Below, piece after piece: positions 8,442 to 16,890 of a DNA stretch of 64,000 bases (positions are counted from its first letter, which is position 1; every line of letters starts with the position of its first letter). The notes beneath the pieces are model-generated. The model saw nothing but the letters and a program-made list of their open reading frames with translations. It was not told the DNA's origin and did no database searches. This stretch comes from Psychroserpens sp. Lineage in GTDB: Bacteria; Bacteroidota; Bacteroidia; Flavobacteriales; Flavobacteriaceae. The DNA is taken from NCBI RefSeq assembly GCF_017643165.1, contig NZ_JAEPNY010000003.1. One strand, written 5' to 3'. Both the position numbers and the translations under genes were made by a program.

Positions 8442-10046
8442 ATGAAATTCAGAGTTCAATTTTTTCTACTGTGCTTTTTTGCTTGTACGTTACTCACTGC
8501 TCAAGACTGGAAAGTTTATCCATACACACCAGCCGGACAAGTTGCATTTCCGGTGGATGAAGGGCGCCATGCAGCAGAACCAATAGAATGGTGGTATACT
8601 GCAGGACATGTAGTTGGACAGACTTCTGGAAAAAGTTATAGTTTTATGTATACTTTTTTTCATTATCCTCAATCTACATTTGATGGCTTTAGGATTTTGA
8701 ATATTACTGACGACGATACTGGTACGTTCTATCAAGATGTTTTGCCACTTAATTATACAACACTCTCAACTACAGGGTTCGATATTGAAGCCAGTGTGTT
8801 TTTAGCAGGTATAGAAACGTGGCGTAACAAGGTTGATGGTGGAAACCAACCTATACCTTTTGAATATGAGCTTTTTGCAAGTACAGCGCAAGCAGGTCTT
8901 GATATAGACTTGGTTACAACCAAACGACCGTTAATACTTGGTGATGATGGTTTTTTGAATCAAGGTATCGTAAATTATACCTATTATTTTTCTCAAACTG
9001 CCAATACCGTATCAGGAAACCTTACATTCAATGGAGTTACTGAACCAGTTGTAGGGACAGCATGGATCGATAGACAATACGGAAACTTTAATCCATTAAC
9101 AGGTGAAAAGTATGAATGGTTTAGTATGCAATTATCGAATGGAATGGATCTGAATCTTTGGAATATTTTCACACCAGATCGCCTCATACCAGACGATGAA
9201 AAGTATAAGATATTATCTGCATATGTGGATGAAAGTACCCAATATACGACCGATGATTTTCAAATTGAACGACTCGCGTATAACTGCATGCCAGATGAGG
9301 TAATGTGCTATTCAAAACAATGGCGATTAACGTCGGTTGTAAATAATATTGACCTAGTAATTTCTACGCTACATGATAATACAGAGGTGCAGTTGCCATT
9401 TCGATTTTTTGAAGGTGCAACTTCGGTATCAGGTACAGTAAATGGAGTTGCTGTCACAGGTATTGGCTTTGCCGAGTTATTGCATTCTTATGAAGATCCA
9501 GCTATAACAGTTACATCACCAATCGATGGAACCTACGATCCGTCAAATGCTATAACTTGGGATCTCGATAACCCAGACGATGGAAGACCTGTTTTTTATG
9601 ATCTTGAATATAGTGATGATAATCAAAATTCATTTAATTCTATCGTAACCGATTTAACTAGTCCATCGTACCTTTGGAGTACGACTCCCTTAATAAACGG
9701 TGATGAAGTGATTTTTAGAATTACCTCACGATCGGTTGATGGTGTTCTAAGTTCTACAACATTAAGCCCAGTAGCAACCTTGGCTACATTGTCATTAACC
9801 GAATTAGATCTCGGGAAATTAAAAAGTTATCCAAATCCAGTAACTAACGTATTAACCGTAAATCTTGAAACTATAAGAAGCGGAACATACAATATTGTTG
9901 ATCTTAAAGGCAGCATTATTAGCGACTCCGAGTTTTTAGATCGTGACATTCTGGAAATTGAAACTTCAGTGCTTCAATCAGGAATCTACATTCTCAATAT
10001 ACAAACGGATAGCGGTGTATTTAATTTACGTTTTATTAAACAGTAA
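8442..10046 (+). CDS. Secreted AttH/CrtC-like (lipocalin-like hydratase fold) protein with a T9SS C-terminal sorting domain
   Basis: Signal peptide. EPIEWWYTAGHV and AWIDRQYGNF are typical of the AttH / hydroxyneurosporene-synthase-like family. The C-terminus (SYPNPVTNVLTV ... GIYILNIQTDSG) is a T9SS sorting domain. Confidence 0.7.
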   Translation: MKFRVQFFLLCFFACTLLTAQDWKVYPYTPAGQVAFPVDEGRHAAEPIEWWYTAGHVVGQTSGKSYSFMYTFFHYPQSTFDGFRILNITDDDTGTFYQDVLPLNYTTLSTTGFDIEASVFLAGIETWRNKVDGGNQPIPFEYELFASTAQAGLDIDLVTTKRPLILGDDGFLNQGIVNYTYYFSQTANTVSGNLTFNGVTEPVVGTAWIDRQYGNFNPLTGEKYEWFSMQLSNGMDLNLWNIFTPDRLIPDDEKYKILSAYVDESTQYTTDDFQIERLAYNCMPDEVMCYSKQWRLTSVVNNIDLVISTLHDNTEVQLPFRFFEGATSVSGTVNGVAVTGIGFAELLHSYEDPAITVTSPIDGTYDPSNAITWDLDNPDDGRPVFYDLEYSDDNQNSFNSIVTDLTSPSYLWSTTPLINGDEVIFRITSRSVDGVLSSTTLSPVATLATLSLTELDLGKLKSYPNPVTNVLTVNLETIRSGTYNIVDLKGSIISDSEFLDRDILEIETSVLQSGIYILNIQTDSGVFNLRFIKQ

Positions 10047-10047
10047 A

Positions 10048-11235
10048 TTATTTTTCAATACGATTATCATCAAAAGATGATGGTAATAGATTAGGGATAA
10101 GCTTAGCGAATAGTGGTAATAATATAGCACCTCCTGGCAACATAAAAATCGCAAGACTAGGTATGGATTTTAGAATATCAAGTAATTGAGATTGCATTAG
10201 TTTTTGTTCTTCCTTACTTAAATCTGTGTGCGTAGATTTACTGATCAAAAGCATTAGATCTTTGCTTTGACGTAATTCTTTTACAAGACGTTTGCTGTTT
10301 CTCCTGATTAGTTTATTTACCAATTGCGAGGAGTTTTCATAAAAGTTATTTATTGGATTGGTTTGCTGAAATAGCATAACACTTTTCTTGTGCTTTGTGT
10401 GAAAGTTAGAAACACAAAGAATCGAATCATGTACTTCAGAAATATTGATTTCTAATACTCTAGATAGCTGTTTTAAAAATTGGTATTCAGATTTTTCTAA
10501 AATTTCATCATCCCAGATTGATAAACACATGAGATCAATTAAATATTTTTTCTCTTGCGTGTTTATATGATATTCAATGTCCAATATTAAATTCTCTTCC
10601 AGTTTTGAATCTTCCTCAATAAATGATGTTGAAGTTTCTATGACCTCAATAATTTCTTGATCATAATCGGTAATTTTACTCTTTGCATTGAGCGATTGAT
10701 ATAAGGTTCCAATTATGATACGTTCAAGATTGGCGGCATAAGATTTGGGGTCGATATCAGCACTTAAATATTGATCATAAGTTAGAACATCTACGAAAAG
10801 CAGTGAATTTGTAATTGATTTGTTAAAGTTACGTGTAAGTAGATTGTCATCAATTTGAACGCGATCATGAATAAGTCGTTCTAGTAAAGACGCATCGCTT
10901 TTTCCAATCATAAAACGATCCCATAATGAGAGATCACTCACTTCCAGAGATTTGTAATATTTTAAAAGTGAGCTGATAAATGCGTCTCTCTTGAAATTTG
11001 GATGCCGAAATCGATAGATGTGATAAAGTCCGGTGAGAAGGTTAACTTTAGCCAATTCATCTTCCGAATATCGATGGATTTGCTCTACCTTTTTTGTAAT
11101 CGCAACGTTGACGCCATAAATAAATCCGAAATCCTTTAAACACTTGTATAATTGATCATAGTTCTCATAAGGCATTCCTTTTTTTGAGATCTGAGAACAA
11201 AATTTAGCGATCCAACCGTGAGTAGAAGGGTTCAT
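10048..11235 (-). CDS. LETM1-like domain protein
   Basis: The C-terminal stretch IFMLPGGAILLPLFAKLIPNLLPSSF closely matches the LETM1 signature (LFPNMLPSTF). Confidence 0.5.
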   Translation of the reverse strand: MNPSTHGWIAKFCSQISKKGMPYENYDQLYKCLKDFGFIYGVNVAITKKVEQIHRYSEDELAKVNLLTGLYHIYRFRHPNFKRDAFISSLLKYYKSLEVSDLSLWDRFMIGKSDASLLERLIHDRVQIDDNLLTRNFNKSITNSLLFVDVLTYDQYLSADIDPKSYAANLERIIIGTLYQSLNAKSKITDYDQEIIEVIETSTSFIEEDSKLEENLILDIEYHINTQEKKYLIDLMCLSIWDDEILEKSEYQFLKQLSRVLEINISEVHDSILCVSNFHTKHKKSVMLFQQTNPINNFYENSSQLVNKLIRRNSKRLVKELRQSKDLMLLISKSTHTDLSKEEQKLMQSQLLDILKSIPSLAIFMLPGGAILLPLFAKLIPNLLPSSFDDNRIEK

Positions 11236-11291
11236 ACAATTAGACTATTGTAATAACAAAGTTAATTTTATTTGATTTACGGAAAAATAAA

Positions 11292-11321
11292 AAAAGCATT
11301 CTACCGAAGTAAAATGCTTTT
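11292..11321 (-). terminator. Rho-independent terminator after the SOD-like gene
   Basis: AAAAGCATT / AATGCTTTT stem, followed on the minus strand by a T-run (the A-run at 11285-11295 on plus). Confidence 0.6.
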
Positions 11322-11342
11322 CAATGTTTTTTTAACAAGAAA

Positions 11343-11900
11343 TTATTCAATAGTTCCACATGCCAAATGAATTGGCTTGTCGGTAGTACCTTGATTCACA
11401 ATTATCGTTTTACCTAAAATGTTTTTCGATACATCATCACATCCAATACACCAGCTATCAGAGACTTTTGTTATTTGTGCCTTACCTTCCGCGTTAGCAA
11501 CAAGTTTACCAATATCATCTTGATGATATGACGTCGAAGCATTACTCTTATCAGATGAACAGTCTCCGGATTCGTAAATATGAAGTGCGTGCTCTCCTTC
11601 TGTTAAACCAGTAATAATAGCCAACATGGTTACAACACCAGATTCTTGAGAGAAAATGATTGAACCAGTAACGCCGCTTTCATTGTTTGATTCTAATTTA
11701 ACAGTAACGGTTCGTTTTTCATCAAAATAATCTGGGCGATTGCTCGCCGGTTCTTTATTTTCTCTAGTTGTTTCTTTTACTTCAGATTCAACTTCGGTTG
11801 TTGGTTCAGAAATTTCTGGTGTTTCTTCTTTTTTATCAGATTTACAAGCAGCACTTAAGCATAATGCTAGAAATGCTAGATAAAATATGGATCTTTTCAT
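11343..11900 (-). CDS. Cu/Zn superoxide-dismutase-like lipoprotein with incomplete metal ligands
   Basis: Lipoprotein signal MKRSIFYLAFLALCLSAAC. SodC-like GEHALHIYESGDCS and a C-terminal ACGTIE. The zinc loop is shortened, and Asn replaces the His of the hVHxGxDD strand (IIVNQGTTD). ATG at 11900 is preferred. Confidence 0.7.
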   Translation of the reverse strand: MKRSIFYLAFLALCLSAACKSDKKEETPEISEPTTEVESEVKETTRENKEPASNRPDYFDEKRTVTVKLESNNESGVTGSIIFSQESGVVTMLAIITGLTEGEHALHIYESGDCSSDKSNASTSYHQDDIGKLVANAEGKAQITKVSDSWCIGCDDVSKNILGKTIIVNQGTTDKPIHLACGTIE

Positions 11901-11977
11901 TGATTTAAGGGTTTGTGTTAATCGGAGTTGAAAGATAATCATTATTTAATATCATCCGAATTTTATACGTTTAAATT

Positions 11978-12469
11978 CTATCTATTAGATTTTAACCACA
12001 ATTTTTGGTCAGTAACACCGCGTTTAAGGTTCTCGGTAAGTATTAGGGACTTGTCAATGCGCGTTTGAGATGATTTATAACGCAGAATCGCATAAATTAT
12101 GCTACGCTGTTTTCCTGGCGTTAAATTCTCGAAAATAATGTAAGCATCGTGATCACTTAAGAGTACAGCTTCTAATTCTTCTGGCATATCTACACCATAC
12201 TTTGATTGGTCCTCAAAAAGTTGCATCGTGAAATAATCATTCATAAATACACCCAAAGCTTTTTGCTTTTCTTTACTGAACATCAACACGCATAGTCCAT
12301 TTTTTTTTGCGGTTAAAGCGGCATAAAATACAATTTGCTGGTCATGGTAACTGGCATGTACTTTAACACGCTTTTGTTTTTCTGATAAAAACAAGTGCGC
12401 AACAGTATCGGGAATTATAACCGCATGAGAATGTGCTAAGCTCACTTCAAATGGATCACTCTGTAGCAT
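11978..12469 (-). CDS. YdeI/OmpD-associated family protein (DUF1905-like N-terminus)
   Basis: Size and the C-terminal pattern LTPGKQRSIIYAILRYKSSQTRIDK fit this family. Confidence 0.6.
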   Translation of the reverse strand: MLQSDPFEVSLAHSHAVIIPDTVAHLFLSEKQKRVKVHASYHDQQIVFYAALTAKKNGLCVLMFSKEKQKALGVFMNDYFTMQLFEDQSKYGVDMPEELEAVLLSDHDAYIIFENLTPGKQRSIIYAILRYKSSQTRIDKSLILTENLKRGVTDQKLWLKSNR

Positions 12470-12494
12470 ACATAAAATGATTAAGTTTTCAAGA

Positions 12495-12539
12495 TATGAC
12501 TAATGTCATATTTTTTCCAAATCATTGCTGCTATTTTTG
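12495..12539 (+). promoter_or_regulatory. Candidate Fnr-type box plus -7 promoter element upstream of hemN
   Basis: Perfect palindrome TATGAC-TAAT-GTCATA at 12495-12510. TATTTTTG (fits TAnnTTTG) at 12532-12539. Centre-to-TA distance is 29.5 nt. ATG at 12557. Confidence 0.6.
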
Positions 12540-12556
12540 ACTCAAATTGTTAAGGT

Positions 12557-13921
12557 ATGTGCAATTCATTAGTCAATAAGTATAATGTGGCTGGTCCGCG
12601 TTATACAAGTTACCCAACTGTACCGTATTGGGATAACAACTCATTTTCATTAAAACGATGGAAAGAATCATTAGCTGTTTCTTTTGATGAGAGCAATACG
12701 TCTGAAGGAATAAGTATTTATATCCATTTACCGTTTTGCGAAAGTATGTGTACGTTTTGTGGCTGCAATAAACGAATAACAAAGCGCCATGAGGTGGAGA
12801 TGCCTTATATCAAGGCCGTACTAAAGGAGTGGGATTTGTACTGCGAATTATTGAATGGAAGACCAGTTATTAAGGAACTTCATTTAGGTGGTGGAACACC
12901 AACATTTTTTTCTGCTGAGAATTTAGAGTATCTAATCAATGGGATTACACGTAAAGCACGCCTCAGTAAAGATTACGAGTTTAGTTTTGAAGGTCATCCT
13001 AATAATACAACTCGGGAACAACTTCAATCATTATATGATTTAGGATTTAGACGTGTTAGTTTTGGTGTTCAAGACTATAATGAGACGGTTCAAAAGGCTA
13101 TTAATAGAATTCAACCCTTTGAAAAAGTTAAGGCTGTGACAGACGCAGCGCGTGAGATTGGATACACCTCTGTTGGGCATGATATTATATTTGGCTTACC
13201 ATTTCAAACCAAATCACACATAGAAACTACAATAGCTTTGACTAAAGCATTAATGCCAGATCGAATCGCATTTTACAGTTATGCTCATGTGCCTTGGTTG
13301 AAAGGAAATGGACAACGTGGCTATAGAGATGAAGATGTTCCGAATGGTGATGTGAAACGCGAGCAATATGAATATGGAAAAGCATTATTGAGTGCTGCAG
13401 GCTATCATGAGATAGGAATGGATCATTTCGCCTTACAAACGGATAGTCTCTATAAAGCAATGGAGTCTAAATCGTTACATCGCAACTTTATGGGCTATAC
13501 AGCTTCCAAAACTCAAGCTATGATTGGCTTAGGTGTTTCTTCCATTAGTGATAGTTGGTATGGCTTTGCTCAAAATGTAAAAGGTATAGAAGAGTATTAT
13601 CACCTTGTAAACCAAGGGATTATTCCGGTGTATCGCGGACATATTTTAACTCCGGAAGATCTCATTGTAAGACAACATATATTGAATTTAATGTGTCATT
13701 TCGAAACGAACTGGAGTGACCGATCGTTATATATTGAAGAACTTAAGGACATCGTATTTAAACTTCATGAAATGGAGTCTGATGGCTTGGTTACCTTTGA
13801 AAAGCATGGCTTGAAAATTACCGAAAAAGGTAGACCATTCGTACGAAATGTATGCATGGCATTCGATGTTCTTTTACAGCGAAAACAACCAAGTACACGA
13901 TTGTTTTCGATGACCGTTTAA
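12557..13921 (+). CDS. hemN: Oxygen-independent coproporphyrinogen III oxidase (radical SAM)
   Basis: GPRYTSYPT N-terminus. Radical SAM CxxxCxxC motif (CESMCTFCGC). GGGTPTF. The length of ~454 aa is typical of HemN. Confidence 0.92.
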   Translation: MCNSLVNKYNVAGPRYTSYPTVPYWDNNSFSLKRWKESLAVSFDESNTSEGISIYIHLPFCESMCTFCGCNKRITKRHEVEMPYIKAVLKEWDLYCELLNGRPVIKELHLGGGTPTFFSAENLEYLINGITRKARLSKDYEFSFEGHPNNTTREQLQSLYDLGFRRVSFGVQDYNETVQKAINRIQPFEKVKAVTDAAREIGYTSVGHDIIFGLPFQTKSHIETTIALTKALMPDRIAFYSYAHVPWLKGNGQRGYRDEDVPNGDVKREQYEYGKALLSAAGYHEIGMDHFALQTDSLYKAMESKSLHRNFMGYTASKTQAMIGLGVSSISDSWYGFAQNVKGIEEYYHLVNQGIIPVYRGHILTPEDLIVRQHILNLMCHFETNWSDRSLYIEELKDIVFKLHEMESDGLVTFEKHGLKITEKGRPFVRNVCMAFDVLLQRKQPSTRLFSMTV

Positions 13922-14003
13922 ATCGGATTTATTCGATGAAATAGTTTTGTTAGTTAGACAAAACATGTATTTTTAGCAGACTCAAACCAAAAAACTTAAT
14001 ATT

Positions 14004-14828
14004 ATGAACAAAATAATCGTCCCGATAGACTTTTCAGAGTATTCTGATTATGCTTTGGAAACAGCGTCAATCCTAGCGAAGCGATATGGCTCAGAATTAT
14101 TGGTCCTACATATGTTAGAGATCGATAAAGGTCGTGTTACAGACTCAACAAATGAATTAAATGAGAAGATGGTGTTTTTCTTAAAACTTGCCGAAAAGAA
14201 ATTCGATGAGTTTTTAGCTAAAGATTACCTCGAGGGCGTAAATATTACACCTATCGTAAAACACTTTAAAGTATTTAGCGAAGTAGCAGAAGTAGCGGAA
14301 GAACATGATGCAGACTTGATTGTTATGGGTTCGCATGGTTCAAGTGGGTTATCTGAAATTTTTGTAGGATCAAATACAGAGAAGGTTGTTCGTCATTCAG
14401 AGTTGCCTGTTTTAGTGGTAAAACAAAAACCAACGACTTTAGATTTCAATACGGTTGCATTTGCAAGTGATTTTTCTTTAGAAATGATTGAACCTTATTT
14501 GAAAGCCAGACAACTTTTTGACAATTTGAAACTTATTCATGTCAATGTTCCAGGTGAAGGATTCAGAAGTTCTTCAGAAATTGATTCGACAGTAGCTAAC
14601 TTTTTGAAAACTGCTGATGGCAATTTAGATAAACTTAACGATGTGCATTACATCGCTGATTATAGTATTGAAAAAGGAATATTAAATGCGTCAAACCTCC
14701 TTGGTGCCGATTTGATTGCAGTGCCAACGCATGGTAGAAAAGGATTAGCGCATTTCTTCGCTGGAAGTGTTTCGGAAGATGTCGCAAATCATGCAACAAT
14801 TCCAGTAATAACATTTAAGATTAAATAA
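14004..14828 (+). CDS. Universal stress protein (tandem Usp domains)
   Basis: Two Usp repeats, each ending in a G-x2-G-x9-G(S/T)-like ATP-binding pattern (MGSHGSSGLSEIFVGSNTEKVV and THGRKGLAHFFAGSVSEDV). Confidence 0.85.
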   Translation: MNKIIVPIDFSEYSDYALETASILAKRYGSELLVLHMLEIDKGRVTDSTNELNEKMVFFLKLAEKKFDEFLAKDYLEGVNITPIVKHFKVFSEVAEVAEEHDADLIVMGSHGSSGLSEIFVGSNTEKVVRHSELPVLVVKQKPTTLDFNTVAFASDFSLEMIEPYLKARQLFDNLKLIHVNVPGEGFRSSSEIDSTVANFLKTADGNLDKLNDVHYIADYSIEKGILNASNLLGADLIAVPTHGRKGLAHFFAGSVSEDVANHATIPVITFKIK

Positions 14829-14857
14829 TAAGTAGTTGAATTTACTATTATTAAAGA

Positions 14858-14889
14858 AAAGAGCTTACAAATTAATGTAAGCTCTTTTT
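14858..14889. terminator. Bidirectional terminator between the usp gene (+) and the S9 peptidase gene (-)
   Basis: 12-bp stem AAAGAGCTTACA / TGTAAGCTCTTT followed by TTTTT. Confidence 0.8.
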
Positions 14890-14906
14890 ATTTGTTCTAA
14901 TTAGAA

Positions 14907-16859
14907 TCAATCAGTTTCTTCGACTTCGATTTCAGTTGATTCTGTTTCGCCGTCAATAGGTGTATTCTGATCTTTCAAATGCTGATCTAAGAATTCCAAT
15001 ATGCGACTGTAGGCTTCAATCTGATTTTCTTTTTTAACAAATCCATGACCTTCATCTTCAAATAAAACATAATCTACAGGTACATTATTTGCTTTTACCG
15101 CGGAGACAATTTCATCAGATTCTACCTGAAGCACTCGAGGATCTTGAGAGCCTTGTAACACTATTAGCGGTTTAGTTACCTTATCTGCATGGAATAGCGG
15201 AGAGATACGTTTTAATCGAACAGAGTCTGCTGAAAACGGATCACCTAATTCCAGATAAAGTGATTCTCTAAATGATTCCCAGTATGGCGGAATACTTTTT
15301 AAAGTTCTTATCCAGTTAGTGACGCCAAAAAGATTTACACCAACATCAAATTCTTCAGGTGTATAGGTTAATGCTGCCATGGTCATATAACCACCATATG
15401 AGCCTCCAATAATTCCGATTTTGTCGCCATCAATTTCTTGCTGCCTAGCCAACCAGTTTTTACCTTCAACACAATCTTGAAGATCTTTTTCACCATGGTT
15501 TAAATCATCCATTTGATAGAAGGTTTTACCATATCCACTACTACCACGATTGTTAACCGCAAGAACTGCATAACCTTTATTTACCATATATTGAATAAGA
15601 GGGTTAAAGCCTTGGCGAGATTGTCCTCCTGGTCCACCATGAACCCATACCATAGCAGGAACTTTATTTTCAGAAGATGCTTGATGTGGTAAATAATAGA
15701 TCGCAGGAATTACGGTACCGTCAAAAGATTTATAGCGAATCACTTCTGCGGTTACTAAATCATCACCATTAATCTCATCGTTAAGTACATTCGTTAATTT
15801 ATACTGTTCTTTGGTTAAAAGATTATATGTATACAAGTCTGAAGGTGTATTTGAACCACCAACATACATACGCATCCAATTCTCATCTTCACTAAATCCT
15901 ACACTAGTGATACTCTTGTTACCAAAATCAGGTAATTCGATTGGAGTCATAGATTCAGTGTCTAAGATTTCTATAGCATTTTTACCGTCTTCATTCACAT
16001 ATACAATCATATAATTGTCTTCTGATGTAAATCCGCTACCTGCAACATCCCATGATCGTTCAATGACCTTATTCTTTTCTTTCGTGTTAAGATCATAAGC
16101 CATTAAATAAGAGAATTCACTTCCGTCATCAGTCGTGTAGTAGAACGTTGAATTATCTCCAGAAAAATCTTGAGCAGAATTCGCACTTTGATTCTCGTTA
16201 ACCTTAATCATTTCTTTAGTAGATGCATCATATAAGAAAAGATCACTATCGTTGGTGTTTAAGTTTTTAGACAGTGCAAAGAAATTTTCATCGTCTGTCA
16301 TACCACTGAAATCGAGATTATCATTATTCTGATATAAGATTTCCGACGTATAATCTGCTAACGACATTTTATAGACATCAAAAAATCTTGGGTCTCGTTT
16401 ATTCGATCCAAAGTATAAGGATTGTTTGTCTTTTGACCATCCGTAGAACGCTGCTTTTGCACCTTCCTCAGGAGTGATATCTTTAATGGTCCCATCCAAC
16501 TCACGTACAAATAAATGATCTATTTCATCACCATTACCATCGGCATTTAAAAGCATCCTATCGTCGTTTGGGAAGAAGGAATTAACAAATATTGAAGTGC
16601 TATCAGATTGAGTAATTGCGGTCATTTCACCACCTTTGGCAGGAATTGTATACACGTTATAAATTCCCGTTCGATTACTGGTTACCAGTAACTTACTGTT
16701 ATCTGATGAGAAGCTTCCGCCACCTACAGATTCATTATCCATAAATTGCGCTATAGAATACTGTCCGATTTCGCGTTCTGCCATTGCTTTTTCTTTTGAA
16801 TCCTCTTTACAGGAAAACATAAGAACTAACAGGCAAAGTGCTAAGAGTTTTGTTTTCAT
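14907..16859 (-). CDS. S9 family serine peptidase (prolyl oligopeptidase / DPP-like) with an N-terminal beta-propeller
   Basis: Lipoprotein-like signal. Nucleophile motif GGSYGG. C-terminal QGSQDPRV and DEGHGF complete the catalytic triad. Confidence 0.9.
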   Translation of the reverse strand: MKTKLLALCLLVLMFSCKEDSKEKAMAEREIGQYSIAQFMDNESVGGGSFSSDNSKLLVTSNRTGIYNVYTIPAKGGEMTAITQSDSTSIFVNSFFPNDDRMLLNADGNGDEIDHLFVRELDGTIKDITPEEGAKAAFYGWSKDKQSLYFGSNKRDPRFFDVYKMSLADYTSEILYQNNDNLDFSGMTDDENFFALSKNLNTNDSDLFLYDASTKEMIKVNENQSANSAQDFSGDNSTFYYTTDDGSEFSYLMAYDLNTKEKNKVIERSWDVAGSGFTSEDNYMIVYVNEDGKNAIEILDTESMTPIELPDFGNKSITSVGFSEDENWMRMYVGGSNTPSDLYTYNLLTKEQYKLTNVLNDEINGDDLVTAEVIRYKSFDGTVIPAIYYLPHQASSENKVPAMVWVHGGPGGQSRQGFNPLIQYMVNKGYAVLAVNNRGSSGYGKTFYQMDDLNHGEKDLQDCVEGKNWLARQQEIDGDKIGIIGGSYGGYMTMAALTYTPEEFDVGVNLFGVTNWIRTLKSIPPYWESFRESLYLELGDPFSADSVRLKRISPLFHADKVTKPLIVLQGSQDPRVLQVESDEIVSAVKANNVPVDYVLFEDEGHGFVKKENQIEAYSRILEFLDQHLKDQNTPIDGETESTEIEVEETD

Positions 16860-16890
16860 AATGTATTGATATTAGTTGTTGTTTTTGTCA

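Noticed and set aside
13931-13946. I looked for the Fnr-type dyad 29.5 nt upstream of the TATTTTTA element before the universal stress protein gene.
   Set aside because: The sequence there (ATTCGATGAAATAGTT) does not fit the dyad, so I do not include usp in the putative regulon.
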